A stretch of DNA of 64,000 nt from assembly GCF_009914755.1 (NCBI RefSeq), contig NC_060925.1. One strand, 5' to 3'. The notes below the pieces were generated by a model. That model saw only the letters and a program-made list of their open reading frames with translations, ran no database searches and was not told the origin of the DNA. The translations under genes and the position numbers were made by a program. Shown here one piece after another: positions 11,101 to 24,799 of the stretch. The stretch comes from the human T2T-CHM13v2.0 reference genome, Homo sapiens. Numbering within the stretch: the stretch's first letter is position 1; every line of letters starts with the position of its first letter.

Positions 11101-13683
11101 TACTGTTTGATTTTGTTATTTACTACTTATTAAGAGTTAAGACTGTAAAGTTATATGTGAATTTTGAGATTTTTTATCAGGTAAAAATAGAAATAGTTTC
11201 TGTTGCAGAAAAGTTAACCTTACAGTTTAACTGTAGGACACTAATCTTTTTTTTTTTACTCTAACCTAGTAATCTTTTTGATATTCCTTTATCAATTATC
11301 CTATAAATAATCTGGTTCCTAAATAGTCTTTGAACCATCTTAACTATCATTCAATTACCCTCATTAATTAGTGAGATGAATAAATTTTGGGCATATGTCT
11401 ATTTTACGTTTGTATGAGGGTCAAAAGTGTACCTTCCGAAAATTATTTTTTGTTGTTCTATTCCAACTTTGCTTGAATTCTAAGCCTTTTATTACAATCA
11501 TTTTTAGACTGTATGGCAAGTGCTTCTGCAAATGTAACTCACTAATTCTCCACAGATTGTGAAATTAAAAGGATTCTCCAAAGTGAGGAAAAGAAGGCCC
11601 CTTCGGTGAATCTACAATGTTTTTGCTCAGGCACTAATCTCATCTGATTTCCTGGGCTTCCTGACAGAGGAACCAACTACTAGAATAGAATGAAGATAAT
11701 CAGCTGACATGGCCCTTGAAGGTTCAAACTGGACCACTATAAATGTGGTTTCCAGGCTGCCCCCAACCATCAACTTTCTGTTATGTTTCCATGTTGATGC
11801 TGTTTTGATTACTGTTATGTTAACATTTCTTGCCGAAGCAGGCCTTTTGATTTTACCTTCCGGCCCCTTCACTTCCACTATACAAATATCTTGCTATTGC
11901 TGCTGGCAAGTTAACTGGGGTGCCAAAGGAAAACTAAAATATCATAACACAGTTCTTATATTCTATTATATTTTGTAAATAAAAAGGATTCAATAGAAAA
12001 CAAAACCATTCAAAGAAAGAAACAGCAGATGAGTACAGGTTTCTTCTGTGATAATGGTTTTAGAACTAAGCAGATATATTTATTTTCTACTTTCAAGATC
12101 AAAAAATTTGAAAGAACATATCAAAGGACCAACATCATTATTACAGAAGTTCCCAGGGGTCAGAGAAAACAGACTGCAAACAGTACTGTGGGCACTGGAT
12201 ATGGCCACCGTGCAGACTTCAAAGAGCAAAGAGGGTCTGAAGGATGCTAAAGTGGTTCTGTTGGCAAGTTCTAAAAATGGTTTGCCAGCCAGCATTTTAA
12301 AGCTGGGATAAATTTTGCAAAACCCCAGGGTAATAATTGACATGGAATGGAAATAAATCCTTTTCTGATGTTACCTGTGTAGCCCAGCTTGTTTTTAATC
12401 TTTGCATCCTGAAATGGAGGCAGTTAATAGTGGGCATTTCCTGTTATTTTCTTTTCCAGGAAAAAATCCTATTGTTCTTATTTTAATTTCAGTGTGGTGC
12501 TATAGTATTTATCTTAATAGTTAGCTGGCTTAACAAAAGTGACTGAATAAAACATTTTGACTTACTAGGCTGATTAATTCCATAAAATTAACTGCATATT
12601 TGGTGAAGCAAGCAGTGGAGGTCTGGTAGGGAGATTGTAAGACACTCTTACGTCTTGTGTGTGTTTGTTTACTGAACTTATTGAATTACTTTGGTTCAGA
12701 GACCAAATACTTGAGCTGTATGTGAAAGTAAAATAACAAATTGAAATAGTTATATTTTGTTTTTAATCACGCCAATTATTCAATACTTTATAGACCAAAG
12801 ACTTGATTAGACAAACATACTGTGTTTTTCCAGAATGCACTCAAATGACTTATGTGCTAGTGTGTATTTTTAAAACCCATACAATGAAATTCCTGAACAT
12901 ACTCAAGAAATCTGACTTTAGAATATGCCTACATCTCTCTGAGGGAACACAGCAGGAAATCCAGCATCTGCTACAGCAACAGGAGAAATCCCTTGGTTTC
13001 AAAACCGCCTCTGTCTTAATTTCTTGTCCTCCTTTTTGTTAGCTTATTTAACCTGCAATTTTATAATTAACGTACAATGTTTTCAGCTCACTAAAAATAA
13101 TCTTATTCAACCTTTCTCCCCTCATGTGGATACAGAAGCCCTGGTGGATTTTCAACAGGTTAGAGAAATGTCTCTTTTTTTCTGAGCTTCTCCACTCGGC
13201 ACAGAGTTTTACAAATTGAATGCCTCATCATAAAGCACAGAAGAGAAGAAGATATGACTACTGGTGTGGCATTTGGATCAAACGGTCTGGGTTTAATTCC
13301 TTGATCAAAAATAATAATAACAAAATGACCCATTGAGGATGTTTTGTCTGGAATTCTAAGGAACCTTTTAAAATGTCAGGCCTGACAAAGAAAAAGCCAT
13401 ATATTTCCTTTAAAATTCAGAAGATTATATGCCGGAATAAAATTCACATTCTATCTTTAATGTGATTTTGCATATTTAATTCTTATTCATTAGGTGTTGA
13501 TTTCTTGGTTAAATTTACACAGAGAAATCTTATTTTCCTAATTTAAAGGGTCTTATGGGAAGCATCTCAGCGGCTTTATCTACTGACATCGGTGCCATCT
13601 TCACATCTTTTCTTTTGAAATTTCTTTCCTTTCTTTTTTGCTTAGCAAGCCTTTCTCCATCTAGCAATTAGAAAATGCCTACC

Positions 13684-14020
13684 ATATTAATCAGGATTCT
13701 TTCAGATATAAAAATCTAATTCAAACCTGCTTGAGCAAAAAGAAAAACGTAAAGGAAATGTATAAATTCTGATGGTATGCAGCCTGCTCTCCTCAACTCC
13801 TGTCATTTTTCATAAAAATATTCTCTTTTCCTTAGGTAAAGATGGATACCACGGATTGCAAATACCATTAGGAATTTGTCTCTCTTCATTCCTTCGCTCT
13901 ACTTCCCTCCAGGCAGTCTCTACATGAGGTGGCCTGTGGTAATTTCAAACTTACCTCATCCCAGCCTAGTAACCACAATGGACACAAAGTGCTTCTTTCC
14001 CGAGAATTCTAACAAAAGTG
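13684..14020 (-). mobile_element. MLT1 (J/K/L-type) LTR fragment
   Basis: ATTAATCAGGATTCTTTCAG...AATTCAAACCTGCTTGAGCAAAA and CTTACCTCATCCCAGCCTAGTAACC. Confidence 0.6.
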
Positions 14021-14040
14021 TATAATCTAACGTTTATGGG

Positions 14041-17000
14041 GATAGTGTGGATGTCTTTTCATTTGCTTGTGTCCTCTTCAATTTATTTCATCAGTGGTTT
14101 ATAGGTTTCGTTGTAGAGATCTTTTACTTCTTTGGTTAAGTTTATTCCTAGGTATCTTTTTTTTGTTTTTGTAGCTGTTGTAAATGAGATTGCTTTCTTC
14201 ATTTCTGTTTCAGCTAGTCTCAGTATGGGTGGATGGAAATGCTACTGTTTTTGTATATTAATTTTGTATTCTGCAACTTTATTGAATTCATTTATCAGCT
14301 TTAAGTGGTAGGCTGCTGGTGGAGTCTTTCAGTTTTTTATATATAAGATTATGTCATCTGCAAACAAAACCAATTTGACTTCCTCCTTTTCAATTTAAAT
14401 GCTCTTTATTTCTTTCTATTGCCTAATGCCCTGGCTAGGACTTTTAACACTATGCTTCATGAAAGTTGGAAAAAGTGGGCATCATTGCCTTCTTTCAGCT
14501 CTTAGACAAAAAGGCTTTCAACTTTTCTTCATTCAGTATGATGTTAGCTTTAGGTTTGTCATATATGGTGTTTATTATGGTGAAATACATTCCTTCTAAA
14601 CCTAATTCATTGAGATCTTTTCTTGAAGAGAAGTTAAGTTTTGTCAAGTGCTTTTTCTGCATCCATTGAGATGAGCATATGGATTTTGTTTTTAATTCTG
14701 TCAGATGTGATATCTATCATTTATAGATTTGCATATGTTCAACCATTCCTGCATTCCCAAGAAAAATCCCACTTGATCATAGTGTATACTGTTTTTGATG
14801 TACTGTTGGATTTGATTTGCTAGTATTTTGTTGAAATTTTGTACATCTATGTCAATCAGGGGTATTGGCCTGTAGTTTTATTTTGTTTATGTGTTCCTGT
14901 CTGATTTTGGTATCAGGCTAATGCAGGTCTCATGGAATGAGTTTGGACGAATTCTGTCTACTTTATTTTTTTTGGGATTATATTTTGAAAACTGTGTGTT
15001 AGTTCTTTTAAAGTTTTATAGAATTCAGCATTGAAGTCATCTATTCCTAGCCCTCCTTATTGGGGATACTTTCTGTTACTGATTCTATCTCATTACTCAT
15101 TATTGATCTGTTCAGAGTCTCTATTTCTTTATGGTTCAGTCAGGATATGTTCTATGTGTCCAGGAACTTATCCATTTCCTCTAGGCTTTCCAGTATGTTA
15201 GTGTATACTTGTTCAAATTATTCTCTAACGATCCTTTGCACTTCTGTGGTATGGTTGTAATGTCTTATTGTTTTTCATTTTATATATTTGGGTCTTCTTT
15301 TCTTTTATCTTAGTCTAGCTAATGTTTTGTTGATTTGGTTTACCTTCTCAAAAAAACAAGTTTTTATTTTATTTAAAAAAAAGCTTTTAAATTTCTGTTT
15401 AAGTATCTATTTTATTTCTTTTCTGCTCTTATTGTTTCTATCTATTAATTTTAGGTTTGGTTTGTTCTTTCTTTATTAGTTCCTTGAGATGCATTGTTAG
15501 GTTATTTATTTAAAATCTTTCTACTTTTTTGATGTAGACATTTATTGTAGCTTCTCCCTTAGTACTGCTTTTGCTGTATTCCATGGGTTATGTATATTAT
15601 GTTTCTATTTTTATTTGTTTAAGGAAACTTTTCAATTTCTTTCTTAATTTTTTCATTGACTCACTGGTTGATCAGGAGCATGTTGTTTAATTTGCATGTA
15701 TTTGTATGGTTTCCAGAGTTCTTCTTGTTTGGAAAAGAAAAAAAAGAGCTGAAAAAAAAAAGTTGAGAGTTGAATGTTAAAATCCCCAGCTATTATGGCG
15801 TTGGAATTGATCTCTCTCTTTAGATCTAATAATATTTTATTCATATATCAATATGCTCTGATTTGGGGTGCCTATGTATTTACAATTGTTATATCCTCTT
15901 GCTGAATTGATCCCTTTATCATTACATAATGACTTCTTTTTTCTCTTTTGGTAGCTTTTGATTTAAAATCTTTTATTTGATATAAGTATAGGTACATCTG
16001 CTCACTCTTGGTTTCTGTTTGTGTATGTATTAGTTTGTTTTCATACTGCTTTAAAGAACTACCTGAGACTGTGTAATTTATAAAGAAAAAAGGTTTAATT
16101 GACTCACAGTTCTGCATAAATTGGGAGGCCTCAGGAAGCTTCCATCATGGCAGAAGGTGAAGGGGAAGCCAGGAATATCTTACATGGCAGTAGGAGAGAG
16201 AGAGAGAGGGCAAGTGCAGCAGATCTCAGGAGAATTCACTTTCTGTCAGAACAGCATTGGGAAATTCACCCTCATGATCCAGTCATCTCTCACCAGGTTC
16301 CCCCCAACCCCCTGACATGTGGGGATGATAATATAACATGAGATTCATGTAGGAACAGAGAGCCAAACCATATCATTTCACCACTGGCCTCTCCCAAATC
16401 TCCTGTCATTCTTACATTGCAAATTACTATTCTCCCTTCTCAACAGTCCCCCAAAGTCTTAAGTCATTCCAGCATTAGTCCAAAAGTCAAGATTCAAAGT
16501 CTCATCTGAGACAAGGCAAGTCCCTTCCACCTGTGAGCCTGTAAAATAAAAAACAAGTTGGTTACTTCCAAGGTACAATAGGAGTACAGGCATTGGATAA
16601 ATTCTTCCATTCCAAATGGAAGAAATTGGCCAAAACAAAGGGGCTACAGACCCTATGCAAGTCCAAGATGCAGCAGGGTAACCATTAAATCTTAAAGCTC
16701 CAAAATAATCTCCTTTGATTCTGTGTCTCACATCACATCTAGGGCATGCTCATCCAAGGGATGGGCTCCCAGGGACTTGGGCAGTTCCACTCCTGTGGCT
16801 CTGGAGGGTACAGCCCCTGCGGCTGCCTTCACAAGCTGGCTTTGAGTGCCTGTGGCTTTTCCAGGCACACAATGCAAGTTGTTGGTGGATCTACCATTCT
16901 GAGGCCTAGAGGATGGTGGCCCTTTTCTCACTGTTCTGCTAGGCAGTGCCCCAGTGGGGACTCTGTGTGAGGGCCCCAACCCCACATTTCTCCTCTGTAC

Positions 17001-20000
17001 TGCCCAAGTAGAGGTTATCCACGAGGGCTCTGCCCCTGCAGCAGAATTTTGCCTGGTCATCCAGGCATTTCCATACATTCTTTGAAATCTAGGCAGAGGT
17101 TCCCAAATCTCAGTTCTTGTTTTCTGTGTATCCACAAACCCAACACCACGTGGAAGCTGTCAAGACTTGGAGCTTGCACTGTCTGAAGCAATGGTGCAAG
17201 TAATGGCCCAAAATGTACCTTGGCTGCTTTCATCCGCGGCTGGAGCTGGAGCAGCTGGGATGCAGAGTGTCATGTCCCAAGGCTGCACAGAGCAGCAGGG
17301 CCCTGGACCCAGCCCACAGAACCATTTTTCCCTCCTAGGCCTCCAGGCTTGTGATGGGAGAGGCTGCTGTGAAGATCTCTGAAATGTCCTGGAGACAGTT
17401 TCCCCAATGTTTTGGCGATTAACATTTGGTTCCTTGTTACTTATGCAAATTTCTGCATCTGGCTTGAATTTCTCCCCAGAAAGTGAGTTTTTCTTTTCTC
17501 CCACATGGTCAGGCTACACATTTTCCAAACTTTTATGCTCTGCTTCCCTTTTAGATATAAGTTCCAACTTCAGACCATCTCTGTCTTTGTGCATATGAGT
17601 GTACACTTTCAGTAATAGCCAGATTACCTCTTGAAAGCTTTGCTGCTTAGAATTTTTTTCCACCAGATACCTTAAATCATCTCTCTCAAGTTTAAAGTTC
17701 CACAGATCTGTAGGGCATGGTCAAAATGCCACCAATCTCTGTTCTAAAGCGTAGCAAGAGTGACCTTTTATACAGTTCCCAATAAGTTCCTCATCTTCAT
17801 CTGAGACCACCTCAGCCTGGACCATATCACTATTAGCATTTGTGTCACTACCATTCAACAAGTCTCTAGGAAGTTTCAGACTTTTCCTTGTCTTCCTATA
17901 TTTTTCTGAGTCCTCCAAACTGTTCAAACCTGTGCTTGTTACCCAGATCCAAAGTCTCTTCCACTTTTTCAGGCATCTTTATAGCAATGTCCTACTTCTC
18001 TTGGTACTAATTTTCTGTATTAGTTTGTTTTTGCACTGCTATAAAGAACTACCTGTGACTGGATAATTTACAAAGAAAGGATGTTTAATTGACTCACATT
18101 TCCACATGGTTGGGGAGGCCTCAGGAAACTCACAATCAGGGCGGAAGGGGAAGGGGAAGCAAGGCACATCTTACACGGTGGCGGGAGAGAGGGGAAGTGT
18201 CACATTTTTAAACCATCAGATCTCAAGAGAACTCATTCACTATCATGAGAACAGTGTGGTGAAATCAGGCCCCATGATCCAATTACCTCCCACCAGGTCC
18301 CTCCCCTGACATGTGGTGATTACAATTCAACATGAAATTTGAGTGGAGACACACAGCCAAACCTTATCAGTGTGGGATATCTTTTTCCATTTATTTACTT
18401 TCAGCCTATGTGTGCCTTTACAGATGAAATGAGTTTCTTATAGGTATCATATCATTGGGCCTTTTAATTTTTATTTTTTTTACTTATTTAGCTAGTCTAT
18501 ATCTTTTAATTGGGAAGTTTATTTGTTTACATTCAAAGTTATTATTAAGAAGTGAAGCCTAACTCCTTTCATTTAGTAATTGGTTTGTGGTTGTTTTGAA
18601 TGTTCTTTGTTCCCTTCTTTATTGTTGTCTTTGAAATTTGTTGGTTTTCTGTGGTGATAAAGTTTAATATCTTTCTTATGCCCATTAGTATATTTGATCT
18701 AAAAAAGTGATTTTTATCATTTCATGTGCTTCCATGATGGCAGTTATTGCCCTTTTTCTTTCCGATGCAGGACACCCTTAAATATTTCTTGTTAAGGACA
18801 GTCTAATGGTGATGAATTTCCTCAATTTTTCCTTATTAAGGAAAGATGTTATTTCTCCTTCATATCTGAAGGATAGTTTTACTGGGTACAGTATTCTTGG
18901 CTAGTAGGTTTTGTTTTGTTTCTTTTGTTTTGTTTTCAGCACTTATATCATCCCATTCTCTTCTTGCTTGTAAGATTTATGCTGAGAAATCTGCTTTTAG
19001 CCAAACAGGGATTACTTAACATGTGACTTGACACTTCTGCTGTCTTTAAACTTCTTTAACTATAATGTGCCTCAGAGGGGACCTTTGTGGGTTGAAACTA
19101 TTTGGAAACTTTTGGGTTCCTGGGATCTAAATGTTCATGTTTTCAGAGATGAGATAAATTTTCAGTTACTATTTTATTAAATAAATTTTCTATGATTTTT
19201 CTTTATATATTCTTTTTCTGAAATTCCCATAATGTGAGTATGCATTCACATTTTTGTCTCACAAGTCTCTTAAGTTTTCTTCTTTTTTTAATTTCTTTTT
19301 TTCTCTCACTAAGCTATTTCAAAAGACCTGTCTTAAAGTTTAGAAATTCTTTCTTCTGTTTAAACCTGTCTGTTTTTGGTGTTCTTGCTTTTATTTTTTA
19401 TTTCAATCATTGAATTATTCAACTCCACATTTTCTGTTAGGTTCTTTTTGTTAGGTTCCATAATAATTATCTCTTTGTTGAATTTCTCATTCTGATAGTG
19501 AATTGTATTTTTGATTTTGTTGAATTATCCATCTGATTTCTCTTGTATCTTACTAAACTTTCCTCATAATCATTATTTTGAATTATTTTTTCAGGCATTT
19601 CATAGATTTCCTTTTCTGTGGGTTCTGTTACTGGAAAATCATTGTGGTCCTTTACAGGTATCATGTTTCCTTGCTTTTTCATGTTTTTGTGTTCCTACAT
19701 TGATATCTGCAAATCTGGTGGGATAGTAGCCAATTCCAATTTTATGGAGCAGCCTTCATAAGAAAAGACTTTCCTGTAGATATGCCCTATAGAATAAGTT
19801 GGGTAGGGCATTTTTGGCTTTGGTTCTATGTGAGTGTGGCACACAGCAGCTCCATTGGTCAAAAGAGCAAAGTTGCCTGTTGCAGCAGGTGCTGGGCCAG
19901 CCAGCCTTTGGTCCCAGGAAATGCGTGTGGTATTCAGGATCAGCAGTGGCAGTGTGGTTAGATAGCTGATCCTTGGGCCCTGGGGACACATGCCTTGCTT

Positions 20001-20640
20001 CACCCATTTGTGAGAGTAACCTCCCTGCTATGCTGGGCCACTCATTTTTTAGTGTGAATGGTGCTGAGTGGGCTCAGGTGCCAGGTTCATGATTGTACCT
20101 CTGAGTCTATTTGGGGTCATGGCACTGCAGCCTTTCATGTGGGTGTGGTGGGATGATAGTGGGACCTCAGAGATGTGGAGATACTCAGGGGCATTCGCTC
20201 CTAGTACAGAATACACTCCAGCAGTGACTGTTCTCAAATGGTACTGTGCTACAGCAGCTTGTGTACTTGGCAGTTGGGGGTACCCAGTGTGACTTCCTTC
20301 TCTTGAGCAATGCAGCTGCATGGACTGCAGGCAGCTTCTTATGCTGAGCTCCTGGTCTTTGAGGACTGCGGGTCTCTCCTGTAGCTACAATACCAGGCAT
20401 CCACAGTGGCAAGGGGGACCACCAGCGATCTCATGCCTACCTTTTCCCTACAATGAGGAGTTCATCTTGTCTTTGAGCAAATCCCAGCTAGGTGCTTCAC
20501 TCTCCTCTCTGTGCTGTCATCCTGAACTTCTATGCTTTAGAGGACTTTTGTCACTTCTCTCCTAAACTGCAGTGTTCTCTCCTAGACACCTTGCAGGAAT
20601 TGTAGTTATAGACTTGTTTCCCTGGCCCTTCCTATCTCAT
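14041..20640 (-). mobile_element. L1MA/L1M1-type LINE (5'UTR, ORF1, ORF2 up to RT; 3' end missing), interrupted by MSTA at 16026-18369
   Basis: ORF 19467-19682 MKKQGNMIPVKDHNDFPVTEPTEKEIYEMPEK is the L1 ORF1p N-terminus. ORFs 15653-15844 (INSNAIIAGDFNIQLS) and 15872-16117 (HYVMIKGSIQQEDITIVN) are EN domain pieces. Confidence 0.9.
16026..18369 (-). mobile_element. Full-length MSTA MaLR (LTR 16026-16375, internal 16376-18015, LTR 18016-18369)
   Basis: Two LTRs TGTATTAGTTTG...CCAAACC(A/T)TATCA; TSD GTGTA/GTGTG. Fragmented MaLR internal ORFs (16459-16731, 16728-17135, 17160-17504) are homologous to the THE1 ORF. Confidence 0.92.
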
Positions 20641-22361
20641 GATTTTGACATTATTTTTCACACTAATTTTGAGTGGCATCAAAGTTAAAACCACTTCTAT
20701 ATTTGTGAAGATTCAATGAATATTTCTTTTTGATTTGAATTATAAAAATCTCTTTTCAACTCCAAGTAATGACTGACTGATTATAGACTCATCCTATAGA
20801 ATGGCAATGACATGAAAATCCAAATATGCTCTCATCCTTTTATACCTTAAAACATTTAATTCTGATTATGTCAAGCATCTAAACATCTGTTTGCCAAATA
20901 GAGAGCATGAAAAGTGTTAAAAACATTTGATTGGACAAGTATTATACCTTTATATCAGTTCTCAAATTTCTTTAGCAATCCAGCCATATTTAGCACATCT
21001 GTGAGTGATTAATAATTACTGAAGTAGGTTTATGCTGATTTTCATAAAATTAGATTGATAAGACGATATTTGACTTTAAGGTTTTTAAAAACTTTGCATC
21101 ACAATTTGGAATATGGTGTCTATTTTGTGTCTGTTTGGATGTGGAGTATTGATTGAGTTGCTGAGTGAAATTTCTCAATACTAAGGTTGCAAACCTTTAG
21201 AAAGTTAATACAGCCCAGTATAATTCATTTCACTTTTAAGTGTTGATACATAATACAAGGGTTTATTATAACTATATACAACAACATTTAACACATTGTT
21301 TGTAACACACATGATACAATGTAGTATAACATACTGTATTATAAGTTGTTGTGTACTTTCGTATAGAGCAAGAACTATGCAATTCATTTCACTAGTTCAC
21401 TGCTTAGCCTAGGGCTTTAATAACAAAGTATTTGATAAATGATTTTTGAAAACAAATCAATCAATACATGTACAGGAGTTCTACATTTTAATATATGAAG
21501 TTTCTAGTAATGAAATGAATATCAATGTTTTCAGCATATAAATTAATCCACATAATGATTTCTTTATAGTTGCATTATCTTTTATTATAAATAATCAAAT
21601 CACAATTAAGTTAGTAACTGGCTAACGTTAATTTAAAAAAAATCGCCTAAAAGTTTAGGACTGTGATACATTTTTTAATGTTTTCATTGTTTTGTTTATA
21701 TTGAAAGAAAAGATCATATGTATTTATTGAGTTCAATATGGTTTTTTTTAAATATATATACATTATGGAATAACTAATAGTTTATTTTAAAATTTCCATC
21801 CGTCTTTGAAGCCATTTAATCAACTAAGGTGTGTTTGTTGAATCTATCCGAGGGGAAACGTGTTTAAACTGATTTTTTTTTTCATTTTGGAATGATCTTG
21901 TCACCATGAATATTCTTATTATATTTGTGACTTGAATTTTACATGTTTCTATATTCATAATCATATTTTACTTTAACAATCTTATATAAATATAAAACTA
22001 ATATTGTTTAATTACAAACACTTGAAAAATACAGAAAAGGAAAAAGGAAAAAGTAACCCATATTTCCATGAATGAAATGCCCCATTTATAAGTATGTTAT
22101 AATGCAATTCGTATGTAAGTAGAGTTACATTTGTTTACATTTATACATTATAATAATGTACTTACTGTTTTATAGCCATTTTATGTTTTACATAACATTT
22201 ACCAACCAGGCAATAAATATTTTAATAACATTATTTTTAACATCGTACATTATTTAACCATGATTTAATAAATTAATTCCTCATTGTTGAACATTTAGGT
22301 ATTGCCATGTTGCTAGTATTATTAAATAATAATATCCTAAACCTTCTTATATCTGTTTTTG

Positions 22362-22376
22362 TTTTGTTTTGTTTTG

Positions 22377-22407
<31 letters not shown>

Positions 22408-22686
22408 GAGACAGAGTCTCGCTCTGTCGCCCAGGCTGGAGTGCAGGGGCATGATCTCGGCTCACTGCAACCTCCGCCTCCCGGGTTCAAGCAATTCTCT
22501 GCCTCAGCCTCCAGAATAACTGGGATTACAGGCATGCACCACCACACCTGGCTAATTTTTGTATTTTTAGTAGAGACGGGGTTTCACCAACTTGGCCAGG
22601 CTGGTGTTGAACTCCTGACCTCGTGATCCACCCACCTCAGCCTCCCAAAATGCCGGGATTACAGGCATGAGCCACTGTGCCCGGCC
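22362..22686 (-). mobile_element. AluS (AluSg-like) with (GTTTT)n tail
   Basis: Full dimeric Alu, diagnostic CCTGACCTCGTGATCC; 17-bp TSD TCTTATATCTGTTTTTG/TCTTCTATCTGTTTTTG. Confidence 0.95.
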
Positions 22687-22989
22687 TCTTCTATCTGTTT
22701 TTGCACACATATCTGCAATTTATTGGTAGACAAAAACATAAGTGAATTGTTGTTTCAAAGTATATGTACATATTTAAGCCACACTTCACCTAAAAGATTA
22801 TTTCAGCTTCCATTGTCTTCTCCCAACTTAATTATAGAAGTATTTGTTTCATGGTATTTTTTAAAAATCACTATTGAATGAGCAATTTGCCTTACCTCAC
22901 AACATTTGTTTTACAACCACTTATAAATTGTAATGAACTCCTCTGATATAAGACAGTATCAATAGTATAAAGAAATAACTGCAATTATA

Positions 22990-23232
22990 ATCATATTCAG
23001 TACTGACTGAGTGCTAACTAATGTCTGGCACACTCCTAAGACCAGCATGCTATAGCGTATTAACTCACTTAATTTTGCAACTCCTATGCGGTCAATACTA
23101 TTAGTTTTCCCATTTTAAAAGTGAAGAAACAGTCACGAAGTTAAGTAATATGTTCGTGGTAAGAGAGATAGTGAGTGACAAAGCTAAGTACTCTGGCTCC
23201 AGAATCATATCATTAATCATTATGTTGCAGTC
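22990..23232 (-). mobile_element. MIR SINE
   Basis: ACTGAGTGCTAACTAATGTCTGGCAC...TTCCCATTTTAAAAGTGAAGAAAC...TCTGGCTCCAGA. Confidence 0.75.
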
Positions 23233-23881
23233 TCTAATATGGCAATTGAGATATGAATAGCCTGAATAATCTATTTTCTATTGATTGGCAATTGGCAACC
23301 CCTAGTGTATACTTCATGGAAACTATGTACAATTTTTTTAAAGTGCTTACAGACTTTAGATTAAAATGTTTTCAGGTGAAAGTAATAGCCATTGATCTGG
23401 CCCTTACTTAGGGTTTCATTTATAAGATGTTTTATGTATACTGTTTTAAAATATGGAAAACTGGAATCTTTCCCCTTGTGGGATAATGTATCAAGTATAA
23501 TATTTGAAGAAAGGAAAAATATGATCTGATGGATACCTCAGCAAAAGCATTGCTAGTCTTTCTATGAAAGCTAATCAAATATGTTCATAGCTGGTACAAA
23601 ACAGAACCCTCTAGATGAATTTCATTTGAAATCTCTTGTTTCAAAAGACATGTTTACTTCTGAAAGGAAATTAACTACTACAAACTCTTATTAGCCTAAA
23701 CTACAAAAGAGATTAAATTGCTCCATTCTTTCCTACAGCTGAGACCTTGATCTATTAATTTTCCTTACTCTTTTAGTCTACTTTTCCATATCTGCTTATC
23801 TCTTCCTTTAAATTAAACAATGGAACACCACGGACTTTGGAACCATGCAGAATGATGCCATCAGGTAAGAATAATATAAGG

Positions 23882-24200
23882 GGCCAGTGCAGTGGTTCAC
23901 ACCTGTAATCCCAGCATTTTAAGAGGCCCAGGAGAAAGGATTGCTTGAACTCAGGTGTTTGAACCAGGCTGAGCAAAATAGGGAGACCCCATCTCTACCA
24001 AAATAAAAAATTAACTGGGCATGATGGCATGTGATAGTAGTCCCAGCTACCAGAAGGCTAAGGTGGGAGGATCGCTTCAGCCTGGGAGGTTAAGGCTGCA
24101 GTGAGCTTAGATTACACCATTGCACTCCAGCCTGGGCAACAGAGTGAGATTCTGTCTCAAAAACAAAACAAAACAACACAAAAAGAAAAGAACAACAAAA
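23882..24200 (+). mobile_element. AluJ
   Basis: GGCCAGTGCAGTGGTTCACACCTGTAATCCCAGC...GGAGGATCGCTT...AAGGCTGCAGTGAGC plus A-rich tail. Confidence 0.92.
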
Positions 24201-24224
24201 GGAATAAGGATTTTAGTAACACTG

Positions 24225-24400
24225 TTGTACATGGATTATTTCATACTCAGTCTTTGAGGTAGATAGCTTTCTTATCGTCATTTTACAGGTGAAGAAATGA
24301 AGGCATAAGGACATCATATGAATTACCCCAGAATACACAGCTAGTAGGTAGAAGATCATAGACTTCAACCCAAGCCCTTTGACTCCATAGCACTTGCTTG
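24225..24400 (-). mobile_element. MIR fragment
   Basis: TTTTACAGGTGAAGAAATGAAGGCATAAG...CACAGCTAGTAGGTAG. Confidence 0.65.
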
Positions 24401-24686
24401 TAATTCACTATTATCAGATTTTCTATAGCATTGAAGTAACAATCACTATCTAACAGAGTTTCTGTGAAATTATCTATCACAGTGGCTGGAACATGATGTA
24501 CAATTAACAAATAATTGAGTTGTTGTTGATATTGCTATTGTCCCGTTAAAAATATACCTTATTATACATGTTAAATATTTAATACACACAAATAATATAT
24601 TTATTGTGAATAATCATAAAACAAACACCTACCCACTACCGATTTTAAGAAATAAAACATGACCACTGCCTGTAAAACACTACACA

Positions 24687-24772
24687 GGCCAGGTACAATG
24701 TCTCATGCCTATAATCTTAGCACTTTGGGAAGCCAAGGGAGGCAAATCGATTGAGGCCAAGAGATTAAGACC
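24687..24772 (+). mobile_element. Alu left-monomer fragment (FLAM/AluJ-like)
   Basis: GGCCAGGTACAATGTCTCATGCCTATAATCTTAGCACTTTGGGAAGCCAAGG. Confidence 0.8.
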
Positions 24773-24799
24773 TCTCTAGCTATCAAAGTCCTAGGTGGC

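Noticed and set aside
11627-11978. Opposing 83 and 89 aa ORFs in unique DNA
   Set aside because: No recognisable domain, non-ATG start on one, and no exon structure.
12029-12250. Peptide RTNIIITEVPRGQRKQ, faintly like L1 ORF1p RSNIRIIGVPEGEE, behind a plausible acceptor
   Set aside because: The match is too short and has no flanking L1 similarity or clear donor. It needs tblastn or an HMM search.
13821-13841. Plus-strand TTCTCTTTTCCTTAG|GTAAAG recursive-like motif (similar at 61045)
   Set aside because: Weak donor halves, within or next to repeat relics, and expected by chance.
22307-22626. ORFs with hydrophobic FVLFC repeats
   Set aside because: Translation of the Alu (GTTTT)n tail and Alu body.
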